Assembly: GCA_013696465.1 (NCBI GenBank) | Contig: JACCYN010000379.1 | Span: 1 to 55,342 of the forward strand | DNA length: 55,342 bases | Direction: 5' to 3' | From: Pyrinomonadaceae bacterium | GTDB lineage: Bacteria > Acidobacteriota > Blastocatellia > Pyrinomonadales > Pyrinomonadaceae | In this document: piece by piece, positions 9,529-18,952 of the stretch | Numbering within the stretch: the stretch's first letter is position 1 | Layout: each line of letters opens with the position of its first letter | The notes under the pieces: model-generated | Databases searched by the model: none | Told to the model about the DNA's origin: nothing | Seen by the model: only the letters and a program-made list of their open reading frames with translations | Program-made: the position numbers and the translations under genes

Positions 9529-9636
9529 GCCCAACAAGTCATTGGAGGTAATTTCTCAATATCCAGTTTCTCGAATGATTTTGTTTCCACAAGTTGAATG
9601 CTGATTGCGCGGGGCGTCTCAACTCCAGCGTTGGTA
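9529..9636 (+). mobile_element. attC recombination site
   Basis: R'' GCCCAAC, 5-bp spacer, L'' ATTGGAGG ... L' TCTCAAC, 6-bp spacer, R' GTTGGTA; 108 bp; extra G in L''. Confidence 0.75.
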
Positions 9637-9694
9637 ACTTGACATCAAACTTGCGCCGCGCTCCGGCGTGATGTTACTTATCACTGCAAAGCTT

Positions 9695-10594
9695 ATGGCA
9701 GTGCTTCTCGTCTTTATTGATGGTCTCGGTATTGGGGCGCGCAATGCGGATAATCCGCTTCATTTGCTCGGTCGTCGTGCCGAACCGCTCGCCGTTTTTC
9801 AGGATGAAGAGCCGCAGTTGCCGTATGACGGATTGCTTGTGCGCACAGACGCTGCGCTCGGCGTTGAGGGACGACCGCAAAGCGCGTCGGGTCAAACCAC
9901 GATCTTGACGGGCGTTAACGCGTCAGCCGCCCTCGGATTTCACAAGCAGGGTTTTCCCAACGAAGCGTTGCGCGAGATTATCCGCGAGCACTCAATCTTT
10001 CTGCAACTCCGGCGCGCCGGAATCGCTCCAAATGTTTTCGCCAACGCATACACGCCGCGCTTCTTCGAGATGCGCCCGCGCTGGGTGTCGGCCACAACCG
10101 TCGCCGTCGAAGCCGCCGGGATGGAGTTTCGCACGCTCGAAGATGTAATCGCAGGGCGCGCGCTCTTTCATGATTTTACGAACAAGTTATTGATCGAAAG
10201 AGGCGCGGATGTCGCGGAGCGCACGCCCGAAGAAGCCGCGCATATTCTTGCACGCATCTCCGGTGAACATCGCTTTACGCTTTACGAATACTTTCTTACC
10301 GACGCGGCAGGACACAAACAAGATTTCTCTTCCGCGCTCGTCGTGATTGAGTCTCTCGCCCGCTTCATACGCGCGCTGCTTGATTCGGTGAATCTTGATA
10401 ACACGACTGTGATCCTCACAAGCGATCACGGCAACATCGAAGATTTAAGCGTTCGTAATCACACGCTCAATCTCGTGCCGACACTTTTATGGGGCGCTGG
10501 TCGCAAACATTTTGCCGCACGCATCCGCACGCTCGCCGACATCACGCCCGCCATCGTCTCTTCGTTCGCTTCAGAAATACCGACGTACAAATGA
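9695..10594 (+). CDS. Alkaline-phosphatase-superfamily metalloenzyme (phosphoglycerate/phosphopentomutase-like)
   Basis: FIDGLG, PQSASGQT, TDAAGH, TSDHGN, H-T-x-N metal ligands. Confidence 0.85.
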   Translation: MAVLLVFIDGLGIGARNADNPLHLLGRRAEPLAVFQDEEPQLPYDGLLVRTDAALGVEGRPQSASGQTTILTGVNASAALGFHKQGFPNEALREIIREHSIFLQLRRAGIAPNVFANAYTPRFFEMRPRWVSATTVAVEAAGMEFRTLEDVIAGRALFHDFTNKLLIERGADVAERTPEEAAHILARISGEHRFTLYEYFLTDAAGHKQDFSSALVVIESLARFIRALLDSVNLDNTTVILTSDHGNIEDLSVRNHTLNLVPTLLWGAGRKHFAARIRTLADITPAIVSSFASEIPTYK

Positions 10595-12078
10595 GTTCTC
10601 CTTCACATCAAACATCTGATTCCGCCGCAAATCAACCTCGATCTTCACTCGCGCCCGTCCCGCGCTACTCGTACTATGCGCTCGCGCTGCTGTCGGTCGT
10701 TAACTTCTTAAACTACATTGACCGTCAAGTGCTTCCGGCGGTCGCGCCTCTGATGCTACGCGACGAAAAATTGCGGCTCACCGACAGCGAACTCGGCTAC
10801 ATCGAAGCCGCGCTACTCCTCTCTTTCACTTTTCTCGCGCCGCTATTCGGGCGACTCGGCGACCGCCGCCCGCGCGCGAAGTTGATGGCGACGGCCGCCG
10901 TCATCTGGAGCGTTGCGACGGCTGCGACGAGCGTCGTTGACCAAATCACTTTTCTTCCGGCCTCCGTAAATCTTTACCTTCCCCTATTTCGAGTGACGCT
11001 CACGATGTCGGGCGCGGCGCTCGCGCTCTGCTTTGTGCGCGCTTTTGTCGGCGTCGGCGAATCGGCTTACTCGACGATTACGCCGAGTTTGATCGCCGAC
11101 TATTTTCCGCCGCATCGTCGCGCCACCGCGCTCGGCGTGTTTCAGTCGGCGATCCCTATCGGGTTCGCGCTCGGTTTCGTGATCGGCGGCGTGCTCGCTC
11201 ACTTCTTCGGTTGGCGCGCTGCGTTCACAATTGTCGGTGTTCCGGGTCTTATTATGGCCGTGCTCGTGTGGCGTTTGCGCGAACCCGTGCGCGGCGCGAC
11301 CGATTTGCCTGTCGAAGCGCAAGCAAGCGGAGGCGAAGAGAAGGCGCGTGCAAATTCTGATGCAGAACCTGATTTCGCTCGTGCAAGCGAATCTTGGTGG
11401 CGGGTGAGTTTGAGTATTTTGCGCACGCGCGATTGGCTGCTCTCGACCATCGGGTACACAATGCTGACGGCGGCGCTCGGCGCGTTTGCGACGTGGGCGA
11501 CCGTGCTGCTGGTGCGCGATAAGGGAATGAGCGAGACGGGCGCGGCGATTACGCTCGGCGTTGTCGTATTACTGGCAGGAGCGACGGGAACTTTCGGCGG
11601 CGGGTGGTTATCTGATCGCCTCGTGGCGCGTCGGCGCAACGCATACTTTCTCGTCTGCGCCGTGAGCACGCTTCTCGGCGTTGTGCCGACGCTCGTTGCG
11701 ATTGCTTCGCCCGACCCGCGCGTTTACCTTCCAGCGATCACAATCGCGGTCGCGCTGTTGTTTACGAGCAACGCGCCGTTTCACGCGATCCTGCTTGAGA
11801 GCGTGCCGACGGCAATGCGCGCGATGGCGGTCGCTTTGAACATTGTGGTTATACACGCGTTCGGCGATGCCATTTCGCGCGCGGCTGTCGGCGTTTTGTC
11901 AGACACTTTGAAAGACGGAGGACTCGCGCCGCTCGCCGCCGCCGCGCGGATGGTCGGCATCGATCCCGTCACGCATCATCTGTCCGCCGCGCTGCTCATC
12001 GCGCCGCTCGCGCTCATACTTTCCACGCTCTTCTTTTTCTGGGGCGCACGTTCGGGGTCAAAAGCTAAAGCCGATTGA
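10591..12078 (+). CDS. MFS transporter, spinster-like
   Basis: NFLNYIDRQ, GRLGDRRPR, RAFVGVGES, LIADYFPP; ATGA overlap with the upstream gene. Confidence 0.9.
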   Translation: MSSPSHQTSDSAANQPRSSLAPVPRYSYYALALLSVVNFLNYIDRQVLPAVAPLMLRDEKLRLTDSELGYIEAALLLSFTFLAPLFGRLGDRRPRAKLMATAAVIWSVATAATSVVDQITFLPASVNLYLPLFRVTLTMSGAALALCFVRAFVGVGESAYSTITPSLIADYFPPHRRATALGVFQSAIPIGFALGFVIGGVLAHFFGWRAAFTIVGVPGLIMAVLVWRLREPVRGATDLPVEAQASGGEEKARANSDAEPDFARASESWWRVSLSILRTRDWLLSTIGYTMLTAALGAFATWATVLLVRDKGMSETGAAITLGVVVLLAGATGTFGGGWLSDRLVARRRNAYFLVCAVSTLLGVVPTLVAIASPDPRVYLPAITIAVALLFTSNAPFHAILLESVPTAMRAMAVALNIVVIHAFGDAISRAAVGVLSDTLKDGGLAPLAAAARMVGIDPVTHHLSAALLIAPLALILSTLFFFWGARSGSKAKAD

Positions 12079-12142
12079 GTTACACAAAATCGTTTTCGTA
12101 CTTTCGATTCGACTTTTTATTTCCCGGAGATTATCTCTTGCT

Positions 12143-12466
12143 TTAGACGGCAGATTTGCGTTGAGGTTGCGGGCGGGCACTTGAGCTTTCGAGACAAGCG
12201 GTCGAACAGTAACTTGCATTGGACGAAGAACGGTGTGCAAGCGCGCGGGAAGACGGCAGCCACACCCCACACGATTCGCAACGAATGAGTTTCTCGCCCG
12301 ATTTGCCCTTCGTTTCACTTACTCCGAAGGTGCATTCTTCTCCAGAATTTTGAATCGCGCGCACGGTTTCCATCACGCGCCGCGCGGCTTTGAGATACGG
12401 GCGAATGCGCCAATAAATAATCGCGCCAACGAGCAGCAGAAGAATGATGATGATCGCTAATTTCAA
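12143..12466 (-). CDS. Small membrane-anchored protein with C-terminal zinc finger
   Basis: N-terminal TM; CESCGVWLP...YCSTAC; overlaps the stop of the TPR gene. Confidence 0.75.
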   Translation of the reverse strand: MKLAIIIILLLLVGAIIYWRIRPYLKAARRVMETVRAIQNSGEECTFGVSETKGKSGEKLIRCESCGVWLPSSRALAHRSSSNASYCSTACLESSSARPQPQRKSAV

Positions 12467-13239
12467 TTTCGTTCTCGCGCCGTGTTGCGGCTCTGGATCA
12501 GTTGCGCTTCGATGTCGGGCAAGGCCGGATTCTGATCGTTGACACTTTTTAACTCCTCAATTGTTTTTTGCGCTTCCGTTGTGTCGCCAACGGCGATCAG
12601 AGCCGACGCCAAGTTTTGCAGCGTCTGTTCGTGGCGCGCATCGAGGGCGAGGGCTTGGCGATATTCGTCAATCGCGCGTTGCGGGTCGGAGGGTTTATCG
12701 AAAAAGTAAGTCATGCCCAAACCCGTGTGCACGTTCGGATCGTCGGGCTTCATGCGAAGGGCTTGCTGGTAAACGAGACGTGCGTCTTCAAAACAATTCG
12801 GGTCGGTTGTTCGCGCCATGGCGAGAAGCGCGTGGGCGAGGTAGAGCGTCGCCTCGTAATTTTTCGGATCGCCTTCGTGTGCGCGCTGCAAGAGGCGCAC
12901 GGCTTCGGGGAAAATGTCAGCGTCGTTCGTGTAGGAAGCGTAAAAGTAGAGGTTGCGGCCGAGATTGCGCTGAATGTCGAGATCGTTCGGAGTTGAATCG
13001 GCGCGTGCAATCGCACCGCGCAGTTGTTCGTCAGAGACGCGCGGCACCGCAGGGTCATCACCCGAGTTCCCGCCGACATTTTCCTCTCCGGCGCGCGTTG
13101 AGGTTGCCGCGCGCAGGCGTTCCAACTCGGCGCGCATCTCGTCGTGGTCACGGCGGTTGATGGTGTTGGTGAACACAAAGCCGATGAGTAACCCGGCGAG
13201 CGCGCCCATCATTAAATAAAGAAGTTTGCTACGATTCAC
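12463..13239 (-). CDS. Membrane-anchored TPR protein
   Basis: N-terminal TM (GALAGLLIGFVF); TPR-like repeats (YQQALRMKPDD, YRQALALDARH). Confidence 0.85.
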   Translation of the reverse strand: MNRSKLLYLMMGALAGLLIGFVFTNTINRRDHDEMRAELERLRAATSTRAGEENVGGNSGDDPAVPRVSDEQLRGAIARADSTPNDLDIQRNLGRNLYFYASYTNDADIFPEAVRLLQRAHEGDPKNYEATLYLAHALLAMARTTDPNCFEDARLVYQQALRMKPDDPNVHTGLGMTYFFDKPSDPQRAIDEYRQALALDARHEQTLQNLASALIAVGDTTEAQKTIEELKSVNDQNPALPDIEAQLIQSRNTARERN

Positions 13240-13301
13240 TGTTAATTGCGGCGGACGTTTCTTAAAGTGTGATGATTATAACTTAAGGTTTGGATAAAGC
13301 C

Positions 13302-13338
13302 GAAGCGCGCCGTTCTCTCAATGGTAACGGCGCGCTTC
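13302..13338 (-). terminator. Intrinsic terminator-like hairpin after the RHH gene
   Basis: 13-bp perfect inverted repeat GAAGCGCGCCGTT/AACGGCGCGCTTC. Confidence 0.6.
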
Positions 13339-13438
13339 TCGCATAACAAGGTTTTTGGAAGCGGCGCATCAAGCGTCGCAAAATAATTGCATTGCGGCGG
13401 GCAATAAGCTGCTGCGACAAGTGAGGAAAGTTGAGCCT

Positions 13439-13714
13439 TTAGTCGTCGCCCGTGGACGCGTCCGGCGGAACATACGGAACGTCGTATGAGCGACGACGCG
13501 GAAGCGGATCGCTATCGCGGCGGCGCGGGCCGGAATTGACGTTACGGCGATCAATGGAGCCGGGCGCGAGCGCGCGCCCGTGCACGGCCTCTGTCAGAAT
13601 CCGCGTGATCTCTTGCGATAGCGTGCGATGCTCGGCCGCCGCGCGCCTTCGCAAAGATTCTTTTAATTCCAACGGCACGTAAGCGCCAATAAACACTCCC
13701 TTGCGGTTTACCAT
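13439..13714 (-). CDS. Ribbon-helix-helix (Arc/CopG-like) protein with Arg-rich tail
   Basis: VFIGAYVPLELKESLRRRAAAEHRTLSQEITRILTEAV fits the RHH pattern; AGGAG RBS upstream. Confidence 0.8.
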   Translation of the reverse strand: MVNRKGVFIGAYVPLELKESLRRRAAAEHRTLSQEITRILTEAVHGRALAPGSIDRRNVNSGPRRRDSDPLPRRRSYDVPYVPPDASTGDD

Positions 13715-13796
13715 CTTTTTTTACGTCTCCTGAATGAGTCGGAAATATAATTTACTTCAGGACTGAACTCCAAAACTCTTTTGTTTAGCGGCACAA

Positions 13797-14282
13797 GCAG
13801 CGCGACCCTGTAAGCCGAATTCTGTTCTTCGCTTGTTAAAGGCAAAGCGGCGATCATTCATCTAGCCCGTTTGTCGCCAAACGGATCGAGCGACCTACCC
13901 GGAGACGGGGAAAGCCAAAAAGCTTTCACGAGGACGGGCCGCCCTCAAACCGTCTCCCTATTTGGTCTTGCACTGCGAGGAGTTTGCCTAGCCGCGTTGT
14001 GTCACCACACGCGCTGGTGCGCTCTTACATTAAGCTTCATTACTCAGAAGCCGCACCGTTTCACCCATCACCAACGCGACTAAAAACAACTAACGTCATT
14101 CAACTCGCGTTGGCTGGATTATTCTCTGTTGCACTTGTCGTCACACGGCGAACGGGCAAAAAACCTCAAAGGCCACCCCATTCGCCCTGCGCCCAGCCGT
14201 TAGCTGGCTCGCTGCCCTGTAGTGTTCGGACTTTCCTCTCCCTCACCCGAAAGCGAGGCAGCGACCGCCCAGTTCGCACTCC
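13797..14282 (-). ncRNA. rnpB: RNase P RNA (ends approximate)
   Basis: Minus strand has GAGGAAAGTCCGAACAC, AGTGCAACAGA, GGGTGAAACGGTGCGG, GGCAAACTCC and ACAGAATTCGGCTTACAG. Confidence 0.97.
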
Positions 14283-14300
14283 TTGTGCCGCATTTGGGCG

Positions 14301-14309
14301 ATTATAGCA
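14301..14309 (-). promoter_or_regulatory. Extended -10 promoter of rnpB
   Basis: TGCTATAAT just upstream of the RNA 5' stem. Confidence 0.7.
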
Positions 14310-14346
14310 AATCATTGTTCAACAGGTACAGAAATGATTGCAACAA

Positions 14347-15060
14347 TTAATAATAGTTGTAGCCGACGCGAAGCCCTCGCAGCAGCGTGTCAGGGATCGT
14401 AGCGATCAGAATCCACGTCATCACGCTGTGAGAAAGCGCTAGCGCCAAAAGGTTTGGGGCGCGTTGGTAGACGAAAGCCCAGAGGAGTCCGCCGCAGAAA
14501 GTGACCACCATTAACCAAGGATTCGGCAAATGCAACAATCCGAACACAAGCGCGACAACTACGATGCTTCCTACTCCTTTCCCGAAAAGCATCTGCGCGC
14601 GGCGGTTAACGAATCCTTGCAACATGAACTGCTGCAAAAAACCCCAGCCGATGCCCCACACGAAAAGCCAGACGGGAGTTTGCCGCACGCGCGGCGCGCC
14701 GAATTGAAATTTAGGAAGTAGAAAACCGAGCGCAAGCATAAGGAGCGAGGCGACGATCATCGCGGGCAAAAGCAGACGCGCCGCCTGCCAAAAATTATCG
14801 AAGCGCAAACCAAGCTCGCGCCATGTTTCGCCCTGCGCCTGACGCGAAAACAACATTAAAGCGAGCGCCGCACAAACCGGAACCATTCCGGCAACCGCCA
14901 ACTCAGCTCCTCGCTGCGTGAACGGAAGAACCACCCACTCCGCAACCACGACCGACGCCACAAGTGACATGATCTCGCAGGCAGCTAACCATCTCGGTGA
15001 AGAAACAGCTTCCGCCGCGTCTTCTCTTTGAGCATCTCCGGTCGTCGTCCGCATCATCAC
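14347..15060 (-). CDS. CPBP (Abi/CAAX-type) intramembrane protease-like protein
   Basis: Multi-TM; QQFMLQG in place of the EExxxR motif, FGLLHLPN, LALSH. Confidence 0.75.
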   Translation of the reverse strand: MMMRTTTGDAQREDAAEAVSSPRWLAACEIMSLVASVVVAEWVVLPFTQRGAELAVAGMVPVCAALALMLFSRQAQGETWRELGLRFDNFWQAARLLLPAMIVASLLMLALGFLLPKFQFGAPRVRQTPVWLFVWGIGWGFLQQFMLQGFVNRRAQMLFGKGVGSIVVVALVFGLLHLPNPWLMVVTFCGGLLWAFVYQRAPNLLALALSHSVMTWILIATIPDTLLRGLRVGYNYY

Positions 15061-15581
15061 TCCGTCGCTTTAATCACGAAACCGCCGTTCAATTCGCTCG
15101 CCTCACTTCTCTCCGCATCAACGCGGAATCGCGCGGGCTGTGGCAACGCTTGCAGTGTGCGCCGATCACCACCCCCGCTTTCATGCACAACATAAACGCG
15201 TGCTTCGTAATTGCCTGCCGCAAGCGGCGGAACGTCAAACGCAAACTTATGCGCACCTTCTTGCGCAAGTTCAACATTTGCCGCAGAGCGGCGCGGGCGG
15301 TCGGCGATACTGCTTGCCGCAAATTCGTCATTGATGTAAAGCTGCATCTCGACTGGCTTCGATGGTTCAGCTTCAGCAATCATCCAGCCTGCAACTCGAC
15401 GCCCATTCGCTTCATCAATCCGACCGTCAAAGCGTGAATAGAATGTTCGGTAGTGAAAACTTACTACAAGGAAAATCACGAACAGCGTTTCGAGAATCGC
15501 CTTGGCGATGATGAAGATGACGAGACTGCTTCGAGGCTTCCGCATAAGATTTTTGTCGAACATCATAAAGCGCGGACACAA
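15057..15581 (-). CDS. Membrane-anchored hypothetical protein with a beta-rich (Ig-like) domain
   Basis: N-terminal TM; GRIDE...VAGW...LYIND...ADRPR; ATGA overlap with the CPBP gene. Confidence 0.65.
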   Translation of the reverse strand: MCPRFMMFDKNLMRKPRSSLVIFIIAKAILETLFVIFLVVSFHYRTFYSRFDGRIDEANGRRVAGWMIAEAEPSKPVEMQLYINDEFAASSIADRPRRSAANVELAQEGAHKFAFDVPPLAAGNYEARVYVVHESGGGDRRTLQALPQPARFRVDAERSEASELNGGFVIKATE

Positions 15582-15764
15582 CCGTAATCGAAACGATTTA
15601 CAGTTGCGCCCGCGCTTCGTGGTGTCTTTCTTGTTGCTGCTTCGGACGATTCAAGATTTTGTATCTTGATCAATGCCGTGCGTGGCGTCAAGTTCTACGG
15701 TGAAAAAAAGCGGGAAGCGAGAAGAAGAACGAACTTCTATTTTTATCTTTTCAGCTTCATCTTT

Positions 15765-16799
15765 TTACCAACGACGGCGACTCAACTCGATGCGGTCGCC
15801 GGATTGTAAATTCGGATCGGGAGTTTTGCCAGCCTCGATGGACTTTAAATTGTACTCCGTATTGATCAGACGCCCATCCGTTCCTGCGCGTAGTATGCGC
15901 GCGCGCCCTCCGGCAAAGTGTGTCGTGCCGCCCGAAGCGAGGATGGCTTGCGTCAGAGTCAGTCCGCGATGAAAATCTTTTTGCCCCGGCGCGACGATTT
16001 GCCCGCCGATGAAATAGAATTGCGGCGGACGCGCTTCGACCGTAATCACATCGCCCGCTTGCGCAAGCGTGTTCATTACCGACGCATCGCCTAAAGTGCT
16101 CGTGCTGCTCGTCCCCGTCGCCCGCGAAACAATCGTGACGCGACCGGCTTCGGGGCGCGGCTGCGCTTCCGCCAGCAAAGCGTAAAGCGGCATCGCTTCG
16201 CGCCGCAGAATCTTCATGCCGGGGTTATGAACGAGACCGCTTACGACGACAATGTGGCTTCCGTATTCGCGCACGTTGACAACCATCTGTGGCTTGGTGA
16301 GAACGGCGCGACGCTTCAACTCTGAAGACAGACGCGCATCAATCTCATCCGTCGTCATTCCGGCGACGAACAGGGGTTCGCCCGCGAGCGGGAATTCCAA
16401 TATGCCGCCTTCCATCACCGTGTAGAGCGTGGGTTCGCGCGTCCTGTGGTTGAGCACGCGAATGTCGAGCACGTCGCCCGCGCCGACGCGGTAGATGTCT
16501 GTTAAAACGACGGCGGCGGTCGTCGTGTTGACGGCTGCCGCAGTAGACGCGGTGGGCCCGCCGGCGGAAGTATTCGCGCTTGAATTGTTCGACGAAGAGG
16601 AAGCAGCGGTGGCTTTCGGTTTAGCGGCGGAGGAGGTGGCGGTTGTCCGCGCAGGCGTTGATTCGCTATGAGCAGAAGTATCACTCAATCGGTTGCCGCT
16701 ATTCGTCGGGCGAACCGGGTTAGATCGAGTTTGCGCGGCGCAAACCGGAATCCCGCACAGAAGAACCCACAGCCAGAAGACGCATAAAACTTTTTTCAT
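15765..16799 (-). CDS. Polysaccharide export (OPX/Wza-family) protein with SLBB domains
   Basis: Signal peptide, Ser/Thr/Ala linker, YRVGAGDVLDIRV, GILEFPLAG, SLBB (GQIVAPG, LTQAILASGG). Confidence 0.85.
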   Translation of the reverse strand: MKKVLCVFWLWVLLCGIPVCAAQTRSNPVRPTNSGNRLSDTSAHSESTPARTTATSSAAKPKATAASSSSNNSSANTSAGGPTASTAAAVNTTTAAVVLTDIYRVGAGDVLDIRVLNHRTREPTLYTVMEGGILEFPLAGEPLFVAGMTTDEIDARLSSELKRRAVLTKPQMVVNVREYGSHIVVVSGLVHNPGMKILRREAMPLYALLAEAQPRPEAGRVTIVSRATGTSSTSTLGDASVMNTLAQAGDVITVEARPPQFYFIGGQIVAPGQKDFHRGLTLTQAILASGGTTHFAGGRARILRAGTDGRLINTEYNLKSIEAGKTPDPNLQSGDRIELSRRRW

Positions 16800-17125
16800 A
16801 ACGATTTATTCAAACTCCTTGCGGAAAGAATAGGCTTTTATTCGGCGCGGCAACGTCACAAGAGACGCATTCAATAAAGACGCTTAAACGACACCGTTTT
16901 TCAGTTTATGAAAATCAATCGGAGGGAGCGCGGGAATGATGTTCGGCGCGAGAAGCTCAAAGGTGGTCGGAATCAAAGCGTGTTGTAAAGGGCAAGGCTT
17001 TACGAAATCGTCGAAGCGGCAAACGTCGGTAACGACTTTGCTTCGGGAGAACGAGCGCGTGAGTGGGAAAACAGAACCGAAGAATATCAGATTGTGACGC
17101 GGGCATTTAAGCGCACCGAAGCTTT

Positions 17126-18943
17126 TTAGATTTTATCCGCCGACTTCGGAGTTGGCAAGGATTCCGGCGAAAAAAGATGCGGCCATCCTTCGCTGAGTCG
17201 CTGCCTAATCAGCTCTTCGGCGTCGTCCGCCGTATCACATCGCAAACACTCTTCGGCAATGCGTCGTGCGCTCTCCGCATCAATGTTGGCGATCATGTGG
17301 CGCACGCGCGGGATCGCCGAAGGCGTCATGCTTAAATCGCGCGCGCCGAGTCCGACGAGCACGAAGGCGTAAGCCGGTGAGGACGCCATCTCGCCGCAAA
17401 CAACGACCGGAATTGAATGGACGCGCGCCGCCGTTAAAGTGTAATCAATGCTGCGGAGCACCGCCGGATGCAGCGTGCGAAACCACGCCGCAACATTGTC
17501 GTTGCCGCGGTCAACGGCGAGTATGTATTGCACGAGATCGTTCGTGCCTAAACTGAAGAAATCAACTTCTCGCGCCAGCGCGTGCGCGGTGAAGACGGCC
17601 GACGGCACTTCGATCATCGCGCCCGTTTTGATCTCGCCGCACTTCGTTTCCGCGATCTTCAAGCGCTCACACTCTTCGGCTATGATCCGCCGCGCGCGTC
17701 TCACGTCCGTAATGTCAGACACCATCGGCAGCACGATTTTGAGTGGCACAGACTTCTCTGTTGCCGCCGCGCGCAAGCACGCGCGGATTTGCCTTCGCAG
17801 CACTTCTTCGTGTTGAAGACAAAATCGAATCGCGCGCAGTCCGAGCGCCGGATTGCGTTCCACCTCTGCTTCGGGTAATCCCGCTTTATCCCCACCGAGA
17901 TCAAAAAGACGAATCGTCGCGCCGTCTCCGCCCGCCAGCCGCACCACTTCCGCGTAAGCCTCCGTCTGCTCATCTTCCGACGGAATCCCGTTGTGCAGCG
18001 ACCAGAGAAACTCGGAACGGTACAAACCGATTCCTTGCGCGCCGTAGCGCCGTACCCCCTCATACTCGGCGCGCAACTCGACGTTTGCGCGCAAAGCAAT
18101 CTCCACTCCGTCGAGCGTGCGCGCGGGTTTCGCTTCCGTTGCGCCCGCTTCAACCGCGACGTTTGAGAAAACGCGGTGCGGTTCTTTTGCTTTGAATTCG
18201 TTGAGCGTGACGGTTAAAGGATGAAGCACGACTTCACCCTTTTTCGCATCGACCGCTATCGAATCGCCGGTGCGCGAGCGGCGATGCAGATCGCGCACGC
18301 CGACGATTGCGGGAATTCCCAAGCCGCGCGCGATGATCGCCGCGTGAGATGTCCACCCTCCGGCGTCCGAAATTAACGCGCGCACACGAGCGAAATCCAG
18401 TTCGGCGATTGACGACGGCAACAATTCTTCAGCGACGATCACCGAATCTTCAGTTAAACCTTGCTTCAAGGAGCGCTCACCGCCGAGCGTCGTGAGAAGG
18501 CGCCGCGTCACGTCTTCCACGTCCGAACTGCGTTCGCGCAAGTAGTCGTCTTTGATCTGCGCGTAGGCGATCAACAGACGGTCGGTGACGACTCTCACCG
18601 CCCACTCTGCATTCGTACCCTCTTGCCGGATGTAGTTTTCAGCCGCACCGACGAGGCTTCGATCTTCGAGCATCAGCAGGTGCGCGTCGAAGATGTAAGC
18701 CTGCTCCGCGCCGATCTCTCTCCCGGCGCGCTCTCTGATCTCCAGCAACCGTTTGCGCGTCTCTTCAACGGCTTCACGAAAGCGATTGATCTCTTCCTCG
18801 CTCTCTTCTTTCGTGAGCGTCGCGCGGTAAACGGAGCGCGCGCCCGTGTGTATGCGCAAAACCTGTCCGGTGGCGAAGCCGTCCGAGACGCCTAAACCCT
18901 GCCACCGCTCTTCAGCTTTCGCACTGCTTCCTTGCGCTTCCAC
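17126..18943 (-). CDS. ptsI: PTS enzyme I (PEP-protein phosphotransferase)
   Basis: GGWTSHAAI phospho-His, GIGLYRSEF, NPALGLRAIR, MIEVPSA, SLGTNDL, VCGEMA; no GAF domain. Confidence 0.95.
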   Translation of the reverse strand: MEAQGSSAKAEERWQGLGVSDGFATGQVLRIHTGARSVYRATLTKEESEEEINRFREAVEETRKRLLEIRERAGREIGAEQAYIFDAHLLMLEDRSLVGAAENYIRQEGTNAEWAVRVVTDRLLIAYAQIKDDYLRERSSDVEDVTRRLLTTLGGERSLKQGLTEDSVIVAEELLPSSIAELDFARVRALISDAGGWTSHAAIIARGLGIPAIVGVRDLHRRSRTGDSIAVDAKKGEVVLHPLTVTLNEFKAKEPHRVFSNVAVEAGATEAKPARTLDGVEIALRANVELRAEYEGVRRYGAQGIGLYRSEFLWSLHNGIPSEDEQTEAYAEVVRLAGGDGATIRLFDLGGDKAGLPEAEVERNPALGLRAIRFCLQHEEVLRRQIRACLRAAATEKSVPLKIVLPMVSDITDVRRARRIIAEECERLKIAETKCGEIKTGAMIEVPSAVFTAHALAREVDFFSLGTNDLVQYILAVDRGNDNVAAWFRTLHPAVLRSIDYTLTAARVHSIPVVVCGEMASSPAYAFVLVGLGARDLSMTPSAIPRVRHMIANIDAESARRIAEECLRCDTADDAEELIRQRLSEGWPHLFSPESLPTPKSADKI

Positions 18944-18952
18944 CGGTTCCCC

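Larger units (their letters stand above)
8528..9636 (+). mobile_element. Solitary integron-type gene cassette (no integrase in window)
   Basis: Starts with core site GTTCGACGGC (8528), carries one AT-rich ORF, ends in an attC. The start site matches the reverse complement of the attC R'' region in 8 of 10 positions. Confidence 0.75.

Noticed and set aside
13369..13714. RHH as the antitoxin of a toxin-antitoxin pair
   Set aside because: No adjacent toxin-like ORF; the overlapping 61-aa frame has no recognisable features.
13871..14307. ORFs overlapping rnpB
   Set aside because: Antisense to a clearly recognisable RNase P RNA.
17013..17044. c-di-GMP-I riboswitch-like GGCAAAC...GTAA hairpin upstream of the OPX gene
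   Set aside because: It is on the strand opposite to the downstream gene and lacks the GACGCAAAGC and second stem; treated as a plain hairpin.
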